From: Octopus sinensis
Lineage: Eukaryota
NCBI RefSeq assembly: GCF_006345805.1
Contig: NC_043019.1
Coordinates: 21,575,360 to 21,639,359, forward strand
Reading direction: 5' to 3'
DNA: 64,000 nt
The notes beneath the pieces were generated by a model. The model saw nothing but the letters and a program-made list of their open reading frames with translations, did not search any database and had not been told where the DNA came from. Numbering within the stretch: the first letter of the stretch is position 1; each line of letters starts with the position of its first letter. Shown piece by piece: positions 14,154 through 26,812 of this stretch. The position numbers and the translations under genes are program-made.

Positions 14154-14500
14154 CTTTTATCTTTTACATGTTTTGGTCATTATACTGTGGCCATTTTAGA
14201 GTACCGCCTTGAAGAACTTTTAACCGAGTGTACTCCAGTACTCTCTTTTAATTTTTTAAGCCTGGTACTTATTCTATCAGTCTCTTTTGTCAAACTGCTA
14301 AGTTACAGGGATGTAAACACACCAACACCAGTTGTCAAACACACACACACATTGGGCTTCTTTCAGTTTCCATCGGCTACTCACAAGGCTTTGCCTGGTC
14401 GGAAGCTACAGTAGGAGACACTTGCCCAAGATGCCATGTAGTGGGACTGAACCCAGAACCATGTGGTTGGGAAGCAAGCTTCTTACCACACAGCCACACC
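14154..14500 (-). mobile_element. SINE family A (older copy)
   Basis: Similar to 33857-34250 with more substitutions. Confidence 0.75.
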
Positions 14501-15059
14501 TAGAAAATATTTCCATATTTCAGAATGGTTAATTGTATTTTTTCTTAGAATAAAATAGAAATAATCTAAATAAATACATACACACAAACACACGCATAAA
14601 CACACAGGCATCAAACAATATAGAGACAAAAAAATTACAAGAAAACAAATAAAAAGGTTTAGAAAATCCTCTGATCTGATCGATTGGTGAAAATTAATCT
14701 ATAATTATAAATGTATGTGTGTGTGAGAGTGTCAAGTTCACAAACCAGCACCAGTGTTACATAACATATGTAAATGCAGTGATCTTACACACACACACAC
14801 ACAGAGCTGGATAATTAATTATTTAGGAAGCTTAGAGAAGTATTGAGCCACTCAGCTAAATAGTCAAGGTTTTATGGTGGAGCATCTTTTTTTTTCTTTT
14901 TTTCTCTCTCTTTTTTTTTTTTTTGGTAACCTTCAGTTAATAAGTTATGGAGAGGAAGTGGAAAAGTAGAGGAACAGATGGAGAGAGGGAGAGAGTTGAG
15001 AGAGTACAAGATACACACATTGAAATATATATATATATATATATATATATAGGGAGAAT

Positions 15060-15230
15060 TCACAAAAAACAAGAGACAAAGACAGGTGGTGTAGATAACA
15101 AACAGATATTTTAGTTTAACGCTTGGGAAGTGAAAAAGTCTTTTATGTTTCGAGCCACAGAAAGGAACAAGAAAGAAACAAGGAGAGAAAATGAAGAATG
15201 TGTAGTGGCTAGTGATCTATCATGGCGAAG
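15060..15230 (-). mobile_element. Second, decayed copy of the 55.4-kb Penelope pLTR-like repeat
   Basis: Shares AAACAAGGAGAGAAA, GTCTTTTA.GTTTCGAGC, CAGGTGG and ACAAACA with 55362-55520; the hammerhead core is partly deleted. Confidence 0.55.
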
Positions 15231-15244
15231 GCCAGACAGATGGG

Positions 15245-15304
<60 letters not shown>

Positions 15305-16221
15305 GAGAGAGAGGGAGAGATCTGCTTTTTGGCAAAATTAATTTCAAAGTTTGGCATCAGGTTAGCAATTTCAAGTGAGGGAGTAAGTCAATTTCATCAA
15401 CCTCTATACGCAACTGGTACTTATTTTATCGACTTTGAATGGATGACAGGCAAAGTCGACCTTGAAATTTGAACTCAGAAAGGGATGAAACGTTGCTGAA
15501 GAGGGATGAAATATTGCTAAATATTTTGTCTGATAAGATAACAATTCTGCCAGTTCACTGCATTTGTAAGTGAAATTATACATAAAAACAGCCAAACAGT
15601 TAATGAAGGAGCACTTCAAAACTGCAATCCTATGACCGCAAGTTTGATACCTTAATCACTGGGCCATTGTGCCTCAACACACACATATACACACAGGCAT
15701 CTATGAATGCAAATGTATGTGTGTACATATGTGTGCACGTCTGTTTGTATATACATATATGTGTGTATATGTATAGTCAATATTTAGGTGGCGTATCAGA
15801 TATATTTTTACAATAAGATGACAGTAACTTGAAAGTTTTGATGACTGGGACTTCAAAGTCACAGTTTTCTTCTTTCCTTGTAAAAAATACATGCATGCAT
15901 GAGTATGTGTGTGTGCATGTGTGTGTGTGTCAGAGAGGGGGGAGGGGGGAGAGAGAGACAGACAGACAGAAAGAGAGGTGCAAGGTACAGGCATGACCGA
16001 GTAGTTAAGAAATTGGCTTTGCAAGTCTGTGCTTGATTATCAGAGTGTAGTAATATTGAGTGTTTATAGGATACCCATCCACATAACTTATATTTCAATG
16101 CGAAATCAGTTGAGCAACTAGAATACTCAACACTGAAAATGGACACTGACAGGGGATCTACTAAAAATCATAGATTTATGAGAGTGAGCGTGTGTGTGTG
16201 TGTATATGCACACATGCATAT

Positions 16222-16585
16222 AGTGGCACTCTGTCAGTTATGATGATGAGTGTTCCAGTTGATCCGATCAACGGAACAGCCTACTCGTGAAATTAGCATG
16301 CAAGTGGCTGAGCACTCCACAGACACGTGTACCCTTAACATAGTTCTTGGGGAGATTAGGTGTGACACAGAGTGTGACAAGGCTGGCTCCTTTGAAATAC
16401 AGGTACAACAGAAACAGGAAGAAAGAGTGAGAAGTACAGCAGGGTTCACCACCACCCCCTGCCAGAGCCTTGTGGGGCTTTAGGTGTTTTTGCTCAATAA
16501 CACTCACAACGCCCGATCTAGGAATCGAAGCCGCAATCCTATGACTGCAAGTTCGCTGCCCTAATCACTGGGCCATTGTGCCTCC
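16222..16585 (-). mobile_element. SINE family C
   Basis: Reverse complement of 22165-22551. Confidence 0.8.
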
Positions 16586-17289
16586 ACACACACATATACA
16601 CACAGACATCTATGAATGTAAATGTATGTGTATACATATGTGTGCACATCTGTTTGTATATACATATATGTGTGTATGTATAGTCAATTCAAATAAACGA
16701 GTAAAAATTAATGGACAACAAGAGGACATGCACGAGAAATGTATTAGCTTGATGCTCCGTGAAAAGAGAGAGTTTGACATTTTGAGCATAGCTCTTTGTC
16801 AGAAAGGAGAAAGGGAAAAGTCAAAAGAAGGAAAAGAAATTGCCAACAGCACATGTGTGTGTGTACACACAAGCACACACACACAAATGCACGCACACAA
16901 ACACATACATTTAAATGGTTTTGTGTGTTGTGCATTTTGTGAATTGGTGGATGAACAAACAGGGATATCATGGGGTTGAGAGGAGCCTGAATTGTGTCCT
17001 GATAGGCAAGGACATGAGAATCTCACCAGTGGTGGGGCCATGTAGCACATAGAAAAAAACAACCCTCAGTACATTCTAAAATGGTTAACAAGTGTGCAGA
17101 GACATTGTAAGATCCAGGAAGATCTTCAGACCATAATTGTGGAGGACGGGACAACTTGCAGTAGTGCTGATGCCACAAAAAATGAACCTAGTACATTTTG
17201 TAAAGTTGTTGGCATTAGGAAGGCTATCCAGTATTAGAAACCATGCAGATTGAAAATGGTCGAAAGGGGTGTGGTCCCCTGTCCCCCCA

Positions 17290-17727
17290 ACACATGCCAA
17301 TAGATGAGTGGCACTTGTGCCGGTGTGCAGGTGGCATGTAAAAAAAAACACCATTTGGGCGTGGTCGTTGCCAGTGCCACCTGACTGGCCCTCGTGTCGG
17401 TGGCATGTAAAAGCACCCACTACACTCTCGGAGTGGTTGGCGTTAGGAAGGGCATCCAGCTGTAGAAACACTGCCAGATCAAGATTGGAGCCTGGTGCAG
17501 CCATCTGGTTCGCCAGTCCTCAGTCAAATCGTCCAACCCATTCTACGGCATGTAAAAGCACCCACTACACTCTCGGAGTGGTTGGCGTTAGGAAGGGCAT
17601 CCAGCTGTAGAAACACTGCCAGATCAAGATTGGAGCCTGGTGCAGCCATCTGGTTCGCCAGTCCTCAGTCAAAATCGTCCAACCCATGCTAGCATGGAAA
17701 GCGGACGTTAAACAATGATGATGATGA
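17290..17727 (+). mobile_element. Family-D retroposon with a 145-bp internal tandem duplication
   Basis: Reverse complement of the 56505 family; the duplicated block starts at 17402 and at 17547. Confidence 0.8.
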
Positions 17728-17889
17728 TATATATGTTCATAATTATAGAACCCAATTTAAGTAGAGCCTGATGAGGGTGAGGAAGAGAAAACTTTGAAGT
17801 CACTGTCTACTTTTATCACATAAAAGTTAATAAATACATATTAAACTAAAAAGTATTCAGCAATTCTTCAATTTAATGTATGCAAATAA

Positions 17890-18217
17890 CTTGACATAAA
17901 AACAAACATACAAACATTAATATATACATATATATATATATATAATATATATATATATACACACACACACACATATATATATACATATATATATATACAT
18001 ATATACACACACACAATATATATATATATACATATATATATACATATATACACACACATATATATACATATATATATAATATATACACACACACATATAT
18101 ATAACATATATACACACACATATATATACATATAATATATATATACACACACATATATATATACTATATATATACATATATACACACACATATATATATA
18201 ACATATATACACACACA

Positions 18218-18262
<45 letters not shown>

Positions 18263-18430
18263 TATATATATATATACATATATACACACACACACATATA
18301 TATATATACATATATATATACATATATACACACACATATATATATACATATATATATACATATATATATATATATTTACATATATTTATATATATACACA
18401 TATATATATATTACACACACACTCATGTAT
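17890..18430. repeat. Compound (TA)n/(CA)n microsatellite, ~540 bp
   Basis: Almost entirely alternating purine-pyrimidine sequence; source of the YIYI/CVCV artefact ORFs. Confidence 0.95.
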
Positions 18431-19199
18431 ATATATATTGTTTATATGCTGTTTTTTATGTCAAGTTATATGTCTATATAAACAATAAATCTGTATATAT
18501 AATAAATGAGAGAATGTTAAAGAGAAGAAAAAGAGAAATGATGGAGATGAGAAATATAGGTCGAACGTTATGAAAAGGAAGAAAAAGGTGTGATAATGGA
18601 GTGAGTGGGAGGGAAGGAGAGAGGGGGGGACGAGGTAGCAAGAGAGAGAGGTGGGACATGGGGGGGGTGAAGGACAAGTCAGAATCTCAGTCACAGATTG
18701 AACAATTGAATCAAAAATATGTGCAGGGAATAAATATTTCCCATATACACATATACACATATACACATACATATATTTGGGCACACATACACACGCATGC
18801 GTAAGCATCATGATTATACAGACTCGCACAATAAAGAAAAACATACATAGAGTTAACACAGATAATATTTCTTTGCACAGTTTATGGTATTTAATAAAGG
18901 ATAAATTTAGATTAGTAAACACTGATAGAAAAAACTTTAAGCAATATACATTTACGTATGCAGAATACCTACATGAATGTCTATATATAACATACATGTG
19001 TATGTGTGAATGTATGTAAGTATGTATGTATACACACACACACACATACAGATATGTGTTTATATTTATACAGATACACGCAGACGCATTTTTATGTGTA
19101 TATACACATACATATATTCAGATTCACCATCAATTTTCCAGCTGCCTTGGTTCCATACCCATGTTGGATTGAAAGAAATCACAAAACAGTAATTCTGAG

Positions 19200-20300
19200 A
19201 AAATTCCAAGAAGGTTTCTGTCAATGTTATTAATAACTTTTTTCAATACTAAACCTTAAAACAACACACCTTTGTTCATACAAAAAAAGCACGTTGTAAA
19301 GTTGGAAACATTCTTCCAACCCTTCAACAATGACAATATGACCAAATCTAATGCCACCTGCTAACCCCCTAACAACCACTGGGCCTCCAGCAGACCCCGT
19401 CTTGAAGTGCAATAGCGAAAGATATATTTTCCCCTTTCCTCTTTCATGGAAACATTAGACAAAGTTATGAAAACAGACTGGATAGCCATGGCTGGAAGAG
19501 CTTTTTTCTATCATAAGGTAGCCTGGCAGCACTGGCAGAGAATTGGGCAAGATTCCTTCAGTTTCTTGTATTCTAATAGTACCACCTACAATGGCGCAAT
19601 GCCAAACTGTATTGGCCAGTGCTGACAGCCTTGTTCTTGTTGAGATATAGGAGACATATTCATGGATGAATGACAGTCTTCCATGGTAAAAAAAATATCT
19701 CGTCCAGGATTCCACATACATGTGCAGATGGATGGTCAACCTTGACCAACAGAAGCCCTTAACGATTTATAGAGGTTCAAAAGGAATACCATCCGCCTCA
19801 CTATGTTTGAGAATTCCAGGCTTTTTGAGAATTTCAGGCTTTTTGAGAAGTGTAAAACCACCTCTTAGCTAATATTGTTCCCAGGTCTACCATGATCCAG
19901 AGTAGTAGCACCTGTCAAGATCCCAGTTACTGGAAATTAGTATATTAGGGCTTGTGTGACAATGCATGTGAAGACTGGATCCAGCAAACTCTACAGAAAA
20001 AGAAAAAACTTCATGGTTCAGTGGAGATGAAGGTGGCTGCATCAAAACATTTTGGAGTGCAGAGAGCAAGATGAGGCCAAGTGAGACATCTTGGTCAGTC
20101 TCTGCCTCCATCTCCATACCTGGTCATCTTGACCTGATCTTGTCATTGATTGAAGATGGTCATGGTTGATGATGTGCAACTCTTCTTCACTTTAAACAGA
20201 GTCACTGTGCAAGTCATCAGTCATCCTTAACGATGACTAGATGTTCCTCGTTGTTCTAATGAATGAACTTAACATGTGGGTTGTGGGCTTCTGGCAAAAT
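19200..20300 (-). mobile_element. Heavily degraded LINE-like coding remnant
   Basis: A GC-richer island with broken minus-strand reading frames loosely resembling an endonuclease/RT linker; no intact motif. Confidence 0.3.
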
Positions 20301-21206
20301 TCTTAGAAACAAACACTCTTCTCTGACTATATCAAAATAAAACTTCAGTTTGCATATATTTTCTAGCAATGCTTATTAACCATCAACATTTTCACAGCAC
20401 GAAGTTTTGTCAGTGAACAGGTCGTGGTCTCAAAGTGACGAAAATATTTTGACAAATTAAATTTAAATGTTGAAGTGAATCTAACGGTTTTTGTGTGTTT
20501 CTTAAATGGTTTATAAACACCTTCCACGCTGCAATTATTTTCGTTCCAGCACACGATCTCAGATCAGGTCACTCGCTATGCAAGTACATCTTCGTAATCC
20601 CTTATTAACCATGTCCTAATACTAATGAGAAGGCACATGGATGTTGCTCTCATGATTGCAAGACCATGGTATTGATTTCTGGACTGGGCAGTAGCACTGT
20701 GTTCTTGGGCAAAACACTTCATTTTCATGTAGTTCCAGTCCACTCATCCGTAGAGGAGTAACCTTGCAACAAACTGACATCCTGTTCAAGGGCAATGATG
20801 TGACCTTGGTCACTGTATGCCACGAAAACTGGGTAACTGGCCCTATGAACCCTACAACTTAAGACAGTACTTAGTTACTTCTGCTCATGAGAACAGGAAT
20901 AACGAGTACTCATACATCATATCTGATCTGACTGCCATTATTTTTATTGCCAGTGTGTGTGTGTGTGTGTGTGTGTATTGCATGTATATGTACAAATGGA
21001 AGAAAAAGTACTCAATGTCTTGTCAATTTCATCCATCTGATGCTCTTTATTCCTTCTGTTGCTACTCTGAGTTGTTCACATGTGTGCGTGTGTGCATGCA
21101 TGTGCATGCACTATTCATTTTAGCTTGAACTAAATAAGCATATGAGAAACTGTGAGTAGCAATAGAGTGAATGAAAAAACCCTCCAGTTTCAAATGTATA
21201 TATATA

Positions 21207-21275
<69 letters not shown>

Positions 21276-22164
21276 TATGCATGTATGTATGTGTGTATGT
21301 GAGTGTATGTGTGCACACATTGAAATGCACACAAGCATGCACAGATGCATGTGCTCACTCACACACACACACATATTGTACACACAAACACTATAATCCA
21401 TACATTCTTCCTAGTAAACTATTACACAACAGATGCCTTTATATCATCCACATTTTCTAACAGAATCTCAGAAATAACAAATATTGATTCTGGAATTATT
21501 GATTGAATTCTTCCAGGAGAGACATGTGACGGTGGTGGCGGCGGCGGCGATTTCAATGGTGATGGTGGAGTGGTGATGGTGATGAGGGTGATGATGGCAG
21601 AGGTAGGGATAAGAGTTCAGAGCAATAATTAATGATAAAAGGAAAAACATTTCTAATAAATTCTTCATTTGCTTTGTTTACTGCGGTTAGTCTCCACTAC
21701 CACCATCACCACTACCACCACCACCAGTACTGCCACCAACATGACATTCCCCCCCAATCCTTTCCATTACTACCATCACTATGGTCACCATTTAAGATTA
21801 AAATACTTAAACTATAACCAAATATAAAAAATAATTAAAACAAAAAAAAAATTTTTTTTTTAAAAGTCACTTTCAAAAAATAAATATCTTTAAAATCAGT
21901 AATCTAAGTGTAACAGATTTTTTACACTTACAATTAAATGTATACAAACACACATCCAAAGACACATACAGGCACAGCATAACATGTTTTGAATAGACTA
22001 TAGCTTATAGTTATAGCTCAACTATTTTGGTCATGAACAGCAACACAATTCAAATATACCACACATGCACACACACACACACATACACACACACACACAC
22101 ACATACTTCTATTTTAAGGCATATGGTTGGCAATTTTGAGAAGGAAAGGTTACTTGTTGATTGG

Positions 22165-22551
22165 GAGGCGCAATGGCCCAGTGGTTAGGGCAGCGGACTC
22201 ACGGTCATAGGATCGCGGTTTCGATTCCCAGACCGGGCGTTGTGAGTGTTTATCGAGCGAAAACACCTAAAGCTCCACGAGGCTCCGGCAGGGGATGGTG
22301 GTGATCCCTGCTGTACTCTTTCACCACAACTTTCTCTCACTCTTACATCCTGTTTCTGTTGTACCAGTATTTCAAAGGGCTGGCCTTGTCACTCTCTGTA
22401 TCATGCTGAATATCCCCGAGAACTACGTAAAGGGTACACGTGTCTGTGGAGTGCTCAGCCACTTACACGTTAATTTCCCGAGCAGGCTGTTCCGTTGATT
22501 CGGATCAACCGAAACCCTCATTGTCGTAACCGACAGAGTGCTTCCATTTCC
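22165..22551 (+). mobile_element. SINE family C (tRNA-derived head) with a perfect 13-bp target-site duplication
   Basis: Head GAGGCGCAATGGCCCAGTGGTTAGGGCAGCGGAC...GGTTTCGATTCCC; the TSD ACTTGTTGATTGG occurs at 22152-22164 and 22552-22564. Confidence 0.9.
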
Positions 22552-23140
22552 ACTTGTTGATTGGTACTATATTTCATTGACTCTCCAAAAGGATGAAAGC
22601 ATAAAGTTGACCTCAGCAAGATTTGAACTCAGTACACAAAGAAGAGGAACAAATACCGTAAGGCATTTCATGCGCCGTTCATACAATTAACATTGCCAAT
22701 ACCACAAAGGTTAGATTTCTTCTTCAGGGACAAAATGTATTTAAGACCTGAATAATTGGTGGTGGCATTCATCCATCCATATATATGTATATATTAGGAA
22801 GGGCATCCAGCTGTAGAAACTCTGCCAGATCAAGATTGAAGCCTGGTGCAGCCATCTGGTTCGCCAGGCCTCAGTCAAAATCGTCCAACCCATGCTAGCA
22901 TGGAAAGCGAACGTTAAACGATGATGATAATGATGATGAACATCGCCAAAACAGTATTATAAAAAACAAAAACAAATAAACTAGGATTTCTTATTTATGA
23001 GCAGAAAATACTTGAGCACTGATGAGATACCATAGAGATCTATCTAGACTCACATTAGAGTACTTTTCACAAACTTTAGATAGCGTTGCTGCTTTGTATG
23101 GAGTATGGATCCAGCAACATAAAAAATTCAAAAACAGTAG

Positions 23141-23525
23141 ACGCAGGCATAGCTGTGTGGTAGGAAGTTCACTTCCTAACTTCATGGTTCAAGGTTCAGT
23201 ACCAGTGAATGGCACTTTGGGCAAGTCTTCTACTATAACTTTGTGAGTGGATTTGAGAGACAGAAACTGAAAGAAGCTTCTCTCTCTCTCTCTCTCTCGC
23301 TCTGTGTTGGGGGGGGGGGAGCACACGCATGTGTTTGTCCTCCACTGCTACCACTTGACAATGGTGTTGGTGTGTTTACATCTTCATAACTTAGCAGTAT
23401 AGCAAAAGAGACCAATAGAATAAATAACAGAACTGTAAGAATGGTTGGTTTGTTTAAACTAAAATTCTTCAAGTTGGCATCCCAGCATAACAGCAGTCGA
23501 ATGACTGAAACAAGTAAAAGATAAA
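23141..23525 (+). mobile_element. SINE family A (older copy)
   Basis: Head, core and tail are all recognisable relative to 54728-55111. Confidence 0.7.
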
Positions 23526-23799
23526 AGTCAGGACTGATATGAGCCACCTTGGTTGGGTCTCATACATATCAAGGGGTTTATCCCACCTTGGTCTCCCTGG
23601 GTTAAAGGAAAGTTAAGGCTAGGAAGTAGGAACATGTTGCCATGAGAATCAAAAATACTGAATTCAAAAGCCTTGATGTGGTTCTTGCTCCATTTCTAGA
23701 TTTGATGGATGTGAGTTACACACAAAAATATCATTGACAACATCCAAATGAAGGCTTCATTTGGCTAATTACAATTAATTTACTCATGAGTTTAACCAA

Positions 23800-24110
23800 C
23801 ATACTGCACATCCCCTCCACTCAGTCCTAGTTAACCTACACTCACATCTCTTCCTATCACTTCTGCTGTGTCTCATCTCAGAGAATCTCATACAAAACTG
23901 TTCACTGAATTTTCCATATTTTTCCAAAATGCAACCAACTGGAAATTCCTCCCTACCCACTCAGTGACCAGGAAAATATTCAAATTAACCACTGACAACA
24001 CCAATATCCTCCATCTGGGAACACAGGCAAACGTTATGGGCACTGTCACCTTACTCTTCTGAAGAATTTATTAAAAGATTCCTTTAACCAAACTGCCTTC
24101 CTGTATGTTG
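23800..24110 (+). mobile_element. Degraded LINE RT C-terminal remnant
   Basis: HTKLFTEFSIFFQNATNWKFLPTH resembles the ..SFFPRT..LWN.LP motif of CR1/Jockey-group LINE ends. Confidence 0.35.
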
Positions 24111-25184
24111 GTGGTGTTTAAATTTTCCAGAAACCAGGAGAGTGAAATATTAAGCTGATTCCATTTAAGGTTTGAAGTGAGAACAATAAAACTTCAAACT
24201 AAATACAAACACAAATAAAATGGTTCGGTTGCCCTTAATTTGCAAGTGCTTTCAACTAACTTGAAGCCTTTAACCTGCAAAAAATCAGAAGCCAGATTAC
24301 CTTCAAAATCACACACACACACACACCTGTCTTTAAAGAGAATATTCACATTGTACTAAACAATAAAAAAAAGACAGGTTGGTCATGGTTGGAACACCTT
24401 TGATCATAAATTTGTTCAGAGTTGACAAAAATGAGTCACATGGCTGAGCAGTACAAGTTACAGAATAACATCCCAAAAAGAACAAAGCAAAGCTTGAGAT
24501 ATTTCTTGGAGTTACTCCCATTCATTCCCAGAGATTAAAATCTTTGGAAAAGCAGGAGCATTATAACCATTCATTTGTTTTCCTAAAGAGGAAACAGTTG
24601 GTTGCCCTCAAGGTTCAATCTCTATGTGGAACCATAGTAAAGTAACTTCTATAAATGTAGACGGCTACATTGTTAGTGGAATTAAGTACATTGAAATTGT
24701 ACCTTTGTCTGTGTACATGTGTATGTGTGTGGTGTGTGTGTGTGTGTGTGCATGCAACTGCCTATGTATATCAAAGAATGAACATTCTCTGGTCATTTTT
24801 TTGTCATTGTAAATGCAATGAATCAGTGATTGTGACCTGTTTAGAAACCTGTAACCAATGACAACGTTATTGTTCACAAATTCGAAAATCTAAAATAAAA
24901 ATACAATAAAATAAAATTTAAAAAAAATGCATGTAAAAATAAAAACAAAAAGAACAGAAAAAAAAAAATATAACAAAACAAAAACCTGAATTGATTCTGG
25001 AAACTAAAAGCAGAATCAAGTTCAAACAAAATAGAGGACCATCAACCCTTTTGTGATCCAAGTCCTGTTCAAATGCTTTGTCATAACAGAATGGACGAGA
25101 GCAAACATCACAAGTAGTAACCATAAAAGCCAGAAACCGCTCAACATTAATGCTAGCCATAAATCCAAAGTAGCTGAGAGTCTC

Positions 25185-25228
<44 letters not shown>

Positions 25229-26638
25229 GTGTGTGTGTGTGTGTGTATTTGAATGTATGTATAGGTGTACAGATGAAAGGAATAAAAGACTACAAATAGG
25301 AGAAATGCATTGAGAGATCTCACACAAAGTATTACTATTGCTCAGCTAACGAGCTGCAGTGTAATGAGAAGAATAAACTATATATATATAAGCAACAACA
25401 ATACAAAAAAAAAAGCTAATAATAATCAGAGAACCTCTGCATATAATCTCTTATACACTTCATCCAGAATATTTGATAAGCCAAGGCATCTTGTAAGCTA
25501 TAGATTCCAGACAGCAACTAAAACTTCACAGTAAACAGATTCATAAAAGTCAGGCAAGGGTGAAAGAGGTGATGGTGGATTGGCAGAAGTTTTAGAGCAT
25601 CAGATGATAATGCTTTATGGTATTCAGTGATAGTCTTTTTATGTTCTGAGCTCAAATCCAGCCTAAGGCAGTCAAATTTGACTTACTATATTCTGGTATT
25701 AATAACATGAAATAAGTATCTAATATTATGGGGGATTAAATATTCCTGTAAAACATTAAAAAAAAACACTTTGCAGCCACAAGGATCCCAGTTTGAGCCC
25801 ACTGTGCAGTCTCTTGAACAAGTTTCTCCTTTAGCCTCAGACTGACAGTGTCTTGTGAGGGAAATTTGGTAGATGGAAGCTATGCAGAAGACTGTGTGAG
25901 TGTGTGTGTTTCAACCTGGTTGTATCTCTTCAAAGTTGCTCCCCAAAATCAATGAACCTAAACAAGAATGGTAGTTCTTGTTTATAGAATTCAGCAAACA
26001 AATTACTCGCAGATGCAAAGGTAATATACAATAGCAGTTCTGCAAGACAGAAGGACTCTCTATACAGTGACTTGACCTGCAAGAAATAGCAGCTAAATCT
26101 CTCTCAATTCATAATGGCCTTAAAGAAAAGAATACTTTAGATAATGTATTCCTTCTTCCCCTCTACTGAACTGACATTCTTTGCACCCAATTCATTCCCT
26201 GTCTCTAACCTCAGTCACACTATTCTCACTTAGTGCACTTACGCTCGTCTAACCTATTCTGTCTTTCATATTTGTCTTGTACCTTGACCTTACATCTCTC
26301 TTTCTGTCTTCTTCCAGATGGGCAAGCCATGTATCCAATGCTTCAGCAAGACACCTGCTCCTACCCCACTATCTAGTTTTTATCCCTCAATTCTATACCC
26401 CTACACAGCTGCGGGTGGGGGTCTTACTTGGTGGATATTTGATGACCTCACTGGTGCTGGTACAATGTAAAATGTAAAGTGATTGATGTTAGGAAAGGCA
26501 TCTAGCAGTAAAAACCGGACCAAAGCAGACATTAGAACATGATGCAGTCCTTGATCATGGATCTGTTTGACTGTGGTTGACATAGACCTTAACAACAATA
26601 TCAGAAATACTGCAATAAACAATAAAACAAAGTCTTAC

Positions 26639-26812
26639 CTCAAGGAGCTCATCCCCACTGATGAGTTGACCATTACAACCGACAGGACCAGCTGGAAGTA
26701 TTGATCGGATAAAATGATGCGGTCGCATCTCTACACCATTCTCCACGTCTACGGTACCTTCTAAGCTGATACCAAGACCTCCTCCTTCACGAAATTTAGA
26801 TAGCTGAGCAAC
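26639..26812 (-). CDS. Patj: Internal coding exon encoding the N-terminal part of a PDZ domain of a PATJ/MPDZ (InaD-like) protein
   Basis: Minus strand reads ttttttattacttggcag|GTTGCT...CTTGAG|gtaaga; 174 nt (58 codons), phase 0 to phase 0. It encodes VAQLSKFREGGGLGISLEGTVDVENGVEMRPHHFIRSILPAGPVGCNGQLISGDELLE, very close to the recalled Drosophila Patj VAQIKKFAVGGLGISLEGTVDVEGGREVRPHHYIRSILPDGPVGVNGVLRSGDELLE. PATJ versus MPDZ naming cannot be resolved from two exons. Confidence 0.93.

Noticed and set aside
17766-17795. CTGATGAG...GAAA hammerhead-like cores here and at 49317-49330
   Set aside because: No stem II or stem I pairing could be drawn around either.
17868-18401. 177-aa and overlapping ORFs, plus similar ORFs at 6084-6490, 21062-21460 and 63624-63984
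   Set aside because: These are translations of (TA)n/(CA)n microsatellites ([12 protein letters not shown]); the repeats simply lack stop codons.
22165-22240. Possible tRNA genes at SINE heads (also 28546, 3107, 54728)
   Set aside because: A/B boxes are present, but there is no complete cloverleaf or acceptor stem, and each continues into a SINE body, one with a TSD.
24918-25160. ORF containing SINVERFLA, resembling a GPCR DRY-like motif
   Set aside because: There are no flanking transmembrane helices, no convincing splice donor and no further similarity; probably chance.
26300-26480. Strong + strand acceptor followed by an open frame near the PDZ exon
   Set aside because: The peptide is unrecognisable, there is no partner exon, and it runs into a decayed family-D repeat.
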